Assembly (NCBI GenBank): GCA_027031765.1
Contig: JALVPN010000057.1
Coordinates: forward strand, 1-5,946
Length of the DNA stretch: 5,946 nt
Direction: 5' to 3'
From: Promethearchaeota archaeon
GTDB lineage: Archaea; Asgardarchaeota; Thorarchaeia; Thorarchaeales; Thorarchaeaceae
A program made the position numbers and the translations under genes. The notes under the pieces were generated by a model. It saw nothing but the letters and a program-made list of their open reading frames with translations, was not told the origin of the DNA and searched no databases. Below are positions 1 through 5,354 of this stretch, one piece after another. Every line of letters begins with the position of its first letter. The first letter of the stretch is position 1.

Positions 1-1
1 A

Positions 2-868
2 TTGTATGGTGGGTGGGTGCTGCTACTTGATGCGGGTGAGGATGTCCAGCGACAGTTCGTCAGGGCAGGCATCGGCCTCAACAAGAAGATGGCAGTCTTT
101 GTGACCCACATCCATGCAGACCACGTCATTGGCCTGCCAGGCCTCCTGCTCCGCTTCTCGTTGCTCGGACGCACCCGTGAGTTGTCCGTCTATGGCCCCT
201 CCGAGCTTGTCGGCTACGTTTCCCTCTGCCAGCAGACAATCAATCTCGGCACCTCCTTCAGGACGACGGTATCCGCAATCAGTCCCGGCCTCGTCTTCAG
301 TACGGGCGACCTCCGTGTCGAGGCGTTCGAAGTAGAGCACCGGTGTCAGGCATTTGGGTACTCGCTCACGTTCCAGCGTCCCACCGGTAGGTTCGTCCCC
401 GAGCGTGCGGTCGAGCTCGGTGTACCAAAGGGCCCCCTCTGGGGACGCCTGTCACGGGGGCAGGCCGTCACTCTGGCCGACGGCCGCGTGGTGCACCCCA
501 GTGATGTGTGTGGTCCGCGTCCCGCACCTGTCCAGGTGGTCTATTCCGGTGACACACGCCCATGTGATGGCCTGCGCGCTGCCGCAAAGGATGCGACCCT
601 CCTCATCTGCGAGGCCACATACACAACCGAGCACTCCCACCTGGCAGAGCAGCGTGGCCATATGACAGCAGCAGAGGCTGCCACAATTGCACGCGAGTGC
701 GGCGTCCAGCTCCTTGCACTTACCCATGTCAGTCCCCGCTACGACGACGGCACTCCAGTGCTTCGCGAGGCCATGTCCGTGTTCCAGCAGTCGATACTTG
801 CCAGAGACCTGATGCGTATCTGCATCTCCACAGCTGGTGTGCCAACAGTGGTGCCCCCACCGGGATGA
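2..868 (+). CDS. rnz: Ribonuclease Z (tRNA 3'-processing endoribonuclease, short form), 5'-truncated by the window edge
   Basis: Metallo-beta-lactamase motif THIHADH (104-124), LLDAGE motif I, GP-rich exosite arm (RPTGRFVPERAVELGVPKGPLWGRL), YSGDTRP, CEATY (HEAT equivalent), GHMT (HST equivalent), LTHVSPRY and ARDL (AxDG equivalent). The frame is open from the window edge, so the true start is probably upstream. Stop is TGA at 866-868. Confidence 0.95.
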   Translation: MYGGWVLLLDAGEDVQRQFVRAGIGLNKKMAVFVTHIHADHVIGLPGLLLRFSLLGRTRELSVYGPSELVGYVSLCQQTINLGTSFRTTVSAISPGLVFSTGDLRVEAFEVEHRCQAFGYSLTFQRPTGRFVPERAVELGVPKGPLWGRLSRGQAVTLADGRVVHPSDVCGPRPAPVQVVYSGDTRPCDGLRAAAKDATLLICEATYTTEHSHLAEQRGHMTAAEAATIARECGVQLLALTHVSPRYDDGTPVLREAMSVFQQSILARDLMRICISTAGVPTVVPPPG

Positions 869-899
869 CATGGCACCACCGCTCTGCTCTACATCGTGT

Positions 900-2105
900 C
901 TAGCCGAGTCCCAGCATCATCGCCTCCAGTGGGTGCCGTACCACCAGTTTCTTGAGCATCTCTCGCCTGAGCTGTGCCACAGGCCCCAGCCCCGCCATGA
1001 AGTCCACAATCAGGTCTTTCATCACCGGGTCTTGCTGCGCAATCCTGCACACCCGTTCCGTGTTGTCCCGTGACCTGAACAGCACACCAGCAATCGACCT
1101 TGCGACTCCGAGCTCGTATCCCACTGACCTCCGCAGTCGCGTGCCATAGGTCCTGATGTGCTCCTTGCTGTCCTCCCTGACTGCGTCTATCACTGTCCGT
1201 GCTGCCACCACGCCGGACCTGACCGCATAGTATATTCCCTCTCCGGAAATGGGCGATGCAAGACCGGCGGCATCACCCACGAGCAGTGTCCGTCTTCCCA
1301 TCAGCGTATCGGGCTGCCCCCCAAAGGGGACGCGGGCTGCACTGACACCACTGAGGTCCAGCGTCACGTCCTTCTCCTGCTGTAGTCGTGCGGCGAAGCT
1401 GCGCCATGCACCACGCAGTTGTCCTGCATGGTCCATCCTGCACCCGACGCCTATGCTGACCTCGTGCTCCTTCGGAAAGCACCAGCCAAACCCCCAGTCC
1501 ATGGTGTCCAAGTACATCTCTATCGCAGGGTCCCCCGTGCCAGACATGATCCCGGTAATCCTTTCCACCTCACTGGCCGGCAGTGGTACGTCCGCTGCGA
1601 TGCACAGTGCCACGGAGTCAGCTTGCCAGCGTCTGCGGAGCCCGAGTCGTCGTGCAACGGTGCTGTTGACACCATCAGCCCCTACGAGCACCCGTCCGCC
1701 AAAGGACTCCTCACCGTTAGACACCTGCGCTCTGTCCGCAGTCGTTGCAGCCGACACGATAGCCGCGCCCTGGACAACTGTGGCACCACTCTTCTCGGCC
1801 TGCTGGACGAGATACGCATCAAACCTGTCACGGCATACGAGCATCCCCGTAAGGTCCTCCCTGGTGCATACGACTGTCCTCCCAGACGGTGATACTATGA
1901 CTGCCGTGTTGACCCTCCGTTCCACCACCGGCCCCAAGTCTAGCCCCAAGAGTCTGCCGGTGCCCGGCCGTACAGCCCCACCGCACAGCTTCCGCCGGGG
2001 GTGCTCCTCCTTTTCGACCACCAGCACATCAAGACCTGCCCGGGCGGCCGTCATGGCGCACGCCGCTCCGGCCGGCCCCGACCCGACAATGACCACGTCG
2101 TACAC
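900..2105 (-). CDS. Geranylgeranyl reductase family FAD-dependent oxidoreductase (GGR / digeranylgeranylglycerophospholipid reductase-like)
   Basis: The N-terminal Rossmann motif YDVVIVGSGPAG follows directly after GTG at 2105-2103, which I prefer over the track's TTG at 2147. Other family motifs are PRRKLCGG, RDRFDAYL, VGADGVNS, GFGWCFPK and LLVGDAAGLASPISGEGIYYA. Stop is TAG at 902-900. The exact substrate is not determinable from sequence. Confidence 0.9.
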   Translation of the reverse strand: MYDVVIVGSGPAGAACAMTAARAGLDVLVVEKEEHPRRKLCGGAVRPGTGRLLGLDLGPVVERRVNTAVIVSPSGRTVVCTREDLTGMLVCRDRFDAYLVQQAEKSGATVVQGAAIVSAATTADRAQVSNGEESFGGRVLVGADGVNSTVARRLGLRRRWQADSVALCIAADVPLPASEVERITGIMSGTGDPAIEMYLDTMDWGFGWCFPKEHEVSIGVGCRMDHAGQLRGAWRSFAARLQQEKDVTLDLSGVSAARVPFGGQPDTLMGRRTLLVGDAAGLASPISGEGIYYAVRSGVVAARTVIDAVREDSKEHIRTYGTRLRRSVGYELGVARSIAGVLFRSRDNTERVCRIAQQDPVMKDLIVDFMAGLGPVAQLRREMLKKLVVRHPLEAMMLGLG

Positions 2106-2143
2106 TGTCCGCGTCCCTCGTCCCAAGCATGCCCTGCAAAAGA

Positions 2144-2151
2144 GCAATAAA
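2144..2151 (-). promoter_or_regulatory. Possible TATA-like box (TTTATTGC) for the GGR gene
   Basis: It is the only AT-rich patch in the divergent spacer, about 40 nt upstream of GTG 2105. It is an imperfect match to the archaeal TATA consensus. Confidence 0.3.
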
Positions 2152-2251
2152 CCCCTCTATTCCACGGTGCGCCCGGTGCAACACCTCTGGGTGAGTGTTC
2201 CCGGTGGCCTGCGACGGGTTGTGGTCACTGGTGGCGTCTGACCCAGACATT

Positions 2252-2258
2252 GGAGGTG
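2252..2258 (+). promoter_or_regulatory. Shine-Dalgarno sequence of the asparaginase gene
   Basis: GGAGGTG lies 10 nt upstream of GTG 2269. Confidence 0.75.
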
Positions 2259-2268
2259 TGAGAGAATA

Positions 2269-3318
2269 GTGTCTAGAGTAAGAGAGGCCCGCGTGTGTCT
2301 GCTCTCCACAGGTGGCACAATCACGAGCATCTATGATGAGGACATCCAGGCATACCGCCCCGGTCTTGCGATGGATGCCCTCCTGTCCTCACTCCCCCCA
2401 TCCCTAGGTAGCATTGAGGTGGTCCGACGCGACCTTTTCCAACTCGACTCCGCAAATGCCCAGCCACATCACTGGCAGGAGATTGCAACGGCAGTCCAGG
2501 AGATGGACGCCAGACGTCCTGACCTTGACGGGTTTGTGATCCTCCACGGCACGGATACGATGGTCTACTCGGCCTCGGCACTGAGTTTCATGGTGCAGAA
2601 ACTGGGAAAACCGATTGTGTTCACGGGCTCACAGATCCCGGCCTCGTTGCCCTGGAGCGACGGCCCACGGAACCTACTGGATGCCCTGCGTGTGGCTGCA
2701 TGGGCCGACCTTGCAGAGACGTGTATTGTGTTCAACGGTGAGATCCACCGCGGCACCCGTGCAAAGAAAATCCGTGAGCGGGCACTCGATGCCTTCGACT
2801 CCGTAGACCCAACACCGCTGGGCGTGCTTGCACGTGAAGTCGTACTGCAGGAGTCGCGCACTAGGAGGCACCCACCATCGCCAGTATTCGACACACGCCT
2901 CTGCAAGGACGTGTTCCTCCTCAAGGTGTTCCCCGGCATGCCACCCGACGTAATCTCCCGCATCATTGACATGGGCTATCGTGGACTGGTCATAGAGGGC
3001 TTCGGTTCCGGTAACATCCCCACCATCGAGAATGCTCTGACGGGGCCGATACGCGAGGCCCTCTCGTCAGGCTGCACAGTTGTGATGACGACGCAGTGCG
3101 CCTTCGGTCAGGCTGACCTGTCCCTGTACGAGGTCGGCAAGGCCGCTATGGACGTGGGGGCCCTCAGCGCGTATGACATGACCTCGGAGGCCGCCCTGGT
3201 CAAACTGATGTGGGTACTCGGCCACACCGATGATGCCGATGAAGTCCACACCATGATGATGAAGAACTACGTCGGCGAGATAACGCTGTCCCAGAGCGTC
3301 GGTCTCCGGGGGACCTGA
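2269..3318 (+). CDS. ansA: L-asparaginase, type I (cytoplasmic AnsA-like)
   Basis: Contains STGGTI (catalytic Thr), HGTDTM (Thr/Asp), TGSQIP, RGTRAKK (catalytic Lys), EGFGSGNIP and LYEVG. The catalytic motif lies about 12 residues from the start, so the extra N-terminal domain of GatD is absent. A strong SD (GGAGGTG, 2252-2258) precedes the GTG at 2269. Confidence 0.9.
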   Translation: MSRVREARVCLLSTGGTITSIYDEDIQAYRPGLAMDALLSSLPPSLGSIEVVRRDLFQLDSANAQPHHWQEIATAVQEMDARRPDLDGFVILHGTDTMVYSASALSFMVQKLGKPIVFTGSQIPASLPWSDGPRNLLDALRVAAWADLAETCIVFNGEIHRGTRAKKIRERALDAFDSVDPTPLGVLAREVVLQESRTRRHPPSPVFDTRLCKDVFLLKVFPGMPPDVISRIIDMGYRGLVIEGFGSGNIPTIENALTGPIREALSSGCTVVMTTQCAFGQADLSLYEVGKAAMDVGALSAYDMTSEAALVKLMWVLGHTDDADEVHTMMMKNYVGEITLSQSVGLRGT

Positions 3319-3451
3319 CGCACCACGGCCTGCGCTCATAGTCCCGGGCAGTACACCATGCGTTGAGGGCGTCCCGACCCGTGACCGTAGGGGCCCTGCA
3401 TGTTTCCCGGCACCACCTGCGGTGACCCCGTGGCCACACAATGGCTGGACC

Positions 3452-3466
3452 AAAATGAGTGGGGAA
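3452..3466 (-). terminator. Possible pyrimidine/oligo-T terminator downstream of tRNA-Ser
   Basis: The minus strand reads TTCCCCACTCATTTT directly after the CCA. Archaeal terminators are typically oligo-T or pyrimidine-rich, but this T run is short. Confidence 0.3.
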
Positions 3467-3575
3467 TGGCGCCCGGAATGAGATTCGAACTCATGCCTCC
3501 CAAAGGGAGAGCAGCTGCCTGTCGGGCCGTACGTCCGGCTCCAGGCTGCCGCCGTAACCACTTGGCTATCCGGGC
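3467..3575 (-). tRNA. tRNA-Ser(GGA) with a 22-nt intron at position 37/38 and genomically encoded CCA
   Basis: The minus strand folds as acceptor stem GCCCGGA/TCCGGGC, D-arm TAGCCAAGTGGTTACGGC, anticodon stem GCAGC/GCTGC with loop CT-GGA-G^A (anticodon 3542-3540), long variable arm CTCCC-TTT-GGGAG, T-arm ATGAG-TTCGAAT-CTCAT, discriminator G and CCA (3469-3467). The spliced length is 87 nt. Confidence 0.95.
3517..3538 (-). other. tRNA intron (CCGGACGTACGGCCCGACAGGC), archaeal bulge-helix-bulge type
   Basis: Removing these 22 nt restores a 7-nt anticodon loop. The exon/intron junctions fold as a BHB-like motif: bulges AG^C and GC^A flank a central helix CUGG/ACAG with one G.A mismatch, followed by an intron helix CGG/CCG. 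Confidence 0.85.
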
Positions 3576-3738
3576 GCGTCTGACTATGGAGTCTGTCACG
3601 ATGCTTTTCATTCTTTCTCTTGTCCCATGTGTGCATGGGGGCCGGACGTTCCAAGGAATGGCGGTGGCATGCCCCCACATCTACCACCGGGGCCGGGCCA
3701 CGCCTTGCCACAAAGGGGCGTCCTCCGTCAGAGCTCAG

Positions 3739-3748
3739 TTTAAATATA
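3739..3748. promoter_or_regulatory. Archaeal TATA box (TTTAAATATA) in the divergent tRNA-Ser / GTPase spacer
   Basis: TTTAAATA matches the archaeal TATA consensus on the + strand, predicting a start site near 3768-3770 upstream of the GTPase gene. It also reads TATATTTAAA on the - strand. It stands out in a GC-rich context. Confidence 0.65.
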
Positions 3749-3812
3749 GTCCATGTCGCATAGTGACAATACTGCATGACCCGTGTCGTATCTCAATTGG
3801 GGCCCTCAACCT

Positions 3813-4724
3813 ATGATACACACAATATTCCTCGTGCGTACTCCGAGTTACCGTACTGTGGCAGCATCGAGGTACTGGGCCATCAAAGTCCCAAGACGTG
3901 ACATTATTGAGTACCTGCACGCACGGCAAGACCTCCGAGAAGTGACCTCTGAGAGTGATGCTGTTCCACTTGTAGTACGGGGGAACAAGTACTTCGCGCG
4001 GGACTGTACCGACAGGTATGTCCTGATCTTTGTGACAGACCTCTCTGAGAATGACCGGGTTGTCAATGAGAAGATTGAGGCTGCAGCACAGGAGCTCACG
4101 ACTGCCATCGTGCAGCACTCCATTTCGTATGTCCGTCACAATTTTGCACGGCTGGTCGCACCCTTCGTGCACTCAAGACTGAAGATTGCGCTCGTGGGTG
4201 AGGGCGGCGTCGGTAAGACCACTACACTCCACCTGCTGATGGGACGGCTGCCCCCGCGCCAGTACATCCCTACCATTGCACTGGACATGGAGGTGGTCGA
4301 GAACATCCACTTTGGGAACTACTCTCTTGTCATCTGGGACTTTGCTGGCCAGGAACGTTTCAGGAGGCTCTGGAAGTTCTACTTCAAGGGGGTTGACATT
4401 GTGTTCCTCCTCACCGACTCCACACTGCGCAATGTCCTCGTATCGAAGGAGATGCTCACTCTCATCCGGAGGGACGTACCGAATGTGCCGGTAGTTGTGC
4501 TTGCAAATAAGCAGGACCGCCCGAATGCCCTCGACCCCTCCATCATCGAACGTATCCTTGGTGCTGAGACGTACCCGCTCATTGCAATCGACATCACATA
4601 CCGGGACCGTCTGCTCCACGTCCTGCTGGAGGCTGTGGCACGGCACATCAAGGTCGCGGTGCCCGACGTGTCGCCAGACGAACTGTTCCGTTTCACAGAT
4701 GAGGGCGTGGAGGAACTCACATGA
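3813..4724 (+). CDS. Small GTPase (Arf-like/Ras superfamily) with an N-terminal ~120-aa longin-like domain
   Basis: G1 is GEGGVGKT (4197-4220), G2 is YIPTI, G3 is WDFAGQ (4335-4352), switch II is [10 protein letters not shown]4 is NKQD (4506-4517) and G5 is a divergent YPLIAI (4572-4589). The start is placed at ATG 3813 (MIHTIFLV); the track's GTG 3783 is an alternative. The GTPase call is firm. The longin call rests on a by-eye secondary-structure pattern. Confidence 0.88.
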   Translation: MIHTIFLVRTPSYRTVAASRYWAIKVPRRDIIEYLHARQDLREVTSESDAVPLVVRGNKYFARDCTDRYVLIFVTDLSENDRVVNEKIEAAAQELTTAIVQHSISYVRHNFARLVAPFVHSRLKIALVGEGGVGKTTTLHLLMGRLPPRQYIPTIALDMEVVENIHFGNYSLVIWDFAGQERFRRLWKFYFKGVDIVFLLTDSTLRNVLVSKEMLTLIRRDVPNVPVVVLANKQDRPNALDPSIIERILGAETYPLIAIDITYRDRLLHVLLEAVARHIKVAVPDVSPDELFRFTDEGVEELT

Positions 4725-4820
4725 CGGTGCGGAGTCCCTGCACACCGCCTCCCTCAAGAGTGGCCGGTCGCCGTGGATTTGCAGGAAGGACGCACTGGGC
4801 TGCGGCGCTTGATGACAACT

Positions 4821-4829
4821 ATTATAAGC
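4821..4829 (+). promoter_or_regulatory. TATA box (ATTATAAGC) of the rps13-rps4 operon
   Basis: TTATAA core about 55-60 nt upstream of ATG 4883. It predicts a transcription start near 4851. Confidence 0.7.
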
Positions 4830-4869
4830 ACACTCCAGAAGGCGAACAAAGCCTCACACCAGTGAGAAT

Positions 4870-4874
4870 GAGGT
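4870..4874 (+). promoter_or_regulatory. Shine-Dalgarno sequence of rps13
   Basis: GAGGT lies 8 nt upstream of ATG 4883. Confidence 0.65.
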
Positions 4875-4882
4875 TATACTCC

Positions 4883-5332
4883 ATGTCCGAACAGGATTAC
4901 CGACACATAGTCCGTGTGGCAAACAGGGACATTGACGGCCAGGAGAACCTACTTGAAGGCCTGACCCGTATCAGGGGGGTGGGCCTCAGACTCGCAAGGG
5001 CCGTTGTCGTCAAGCTCGGCCTCGACCCTTCCATGCGACTGGGCTACCTCACAGATGAGGAGGTCTCACAGATTGAGGGCCTGCTGGCAGACCCGGTCGC
5101 TACGGGCATACCGGAGTGGTACGTCAACCGGCCACGTGACAGACGGAGCGGTAGGATGCTACACCTGACTGGTGCGGACCTGGAGTTCGCTCACCGTAGT
5201 GATATTGACCGGCTCAAACGCATAAGGTGTTGGCGCGGTATCAGGCATGCCCTTGGCCTGAAGGTGCGTGGACAGCACACCCGGACCACAGGGCGCCGCG
5301 GGATGACAGTGGGCGTGTCGAGAAAGAAGTAG
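4883..5332 (+). CDS. rps13: 30S ribosomal protein S13 (uS13, archaeal type; eukaryotic S18 homolog)
   Basis: The protein begins [19 protein letters not shown], contains LTRIRGVG and [12 protein letters not shown], and ends [32 protein letters not shown]. It is 149 aa from ATG 4883, which has an SD. The track ORF adds 54 upstream codons with no recognisable S13 similarity. Confidence 0.97.
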   Translation: MSEQDYRHIVRVANRDIDGQENLLEGLTRIRGVGLRLARAVVVKLGLDPSMRLGYLTDEEVSQIEGLLADPVATGIPEWYVNRPRDRRSGRMLHLTGADLEFAHRSDIDRLKRIRCWRGIRHALGLKVRGQHTRTTGRRGMTVGVSRKK

Positions 5333-5354
5333 GTAATGTGTTGGGGTTGTCAGA

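Noticed and set aside
23-1892. Remaining short ORFs in the track overlapping rnz and the GGR gene (and the similar ones over ansA, the GTPase, rps13 and rps4)
   Set aside because: Each lies within a confidently identified gene in another frame or strand and shows no independent coding signal.
2100-2147. TTG 2147 as the GGR start (MLFCRACLGRGTRTV extension)
   Set aside because: Family members begin directly at the YDVxIVG motif, and the extension overlaps the likely promoter patch, so GTG 2105 is preferred.
1249-2241. 330-aa ORF on the + strand
   Set aside because: It is an antisense shadow of the GGR gene. It is Ser/Pro/Thr/Ala-rich with no motifs, as expected opposite a GC-rich coding strand.
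3319-3451. GC-rich spacer between the asparaginase and the tRNA, with short repeats (GCACCAC twice; CCACGG/CCGTGG)
   Set aside because: The matches are 6-7 bp in GC-rich DNA, with no regular spacing or convincing fold. This is not a CRISPR array or MITE.
3467-3575. tRNA as tRNA-Sec, or as an integration site for a mobile element
   Set aside because: The anticodon is GGA and the acceptor stem is a normal 7 bp. There is no integrase and no duplicated tRNA 3' end; the 8-bp GCGCCCGG match near 2169 is at chance level.
3067-3777. 236-aa minus-strand ORF, plus the nested 3336-3680 (-) and 3400-3816 (+) ORFs
   Set aside because: They run through the tRNA gene (the 236-aa ORF also overlaps the asparaginase 3' end), have no recognisable motifs and show non-protein-like composition.
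3776-3901. 41-codon out-of-frame ORF starting near the predicted GTPase start site
   Set aside because: It overlaps the GTPase coding sequence in another frame, has no SD and has no recognisable features. It is most likely incidental.
4722-4800. GTPase TGA as a selenocysteine codon with the downstream hairpin as a SECIS element
   Set aside because: The hairpin lacks both the tandem GA quartet with apical AA of eukaryote/Loki-type SECIS and a clear methanogen-type GAA/A loop. The TGA falls after a complete domain, is not in a redox motif, and the read-through sequence is not protein-like.
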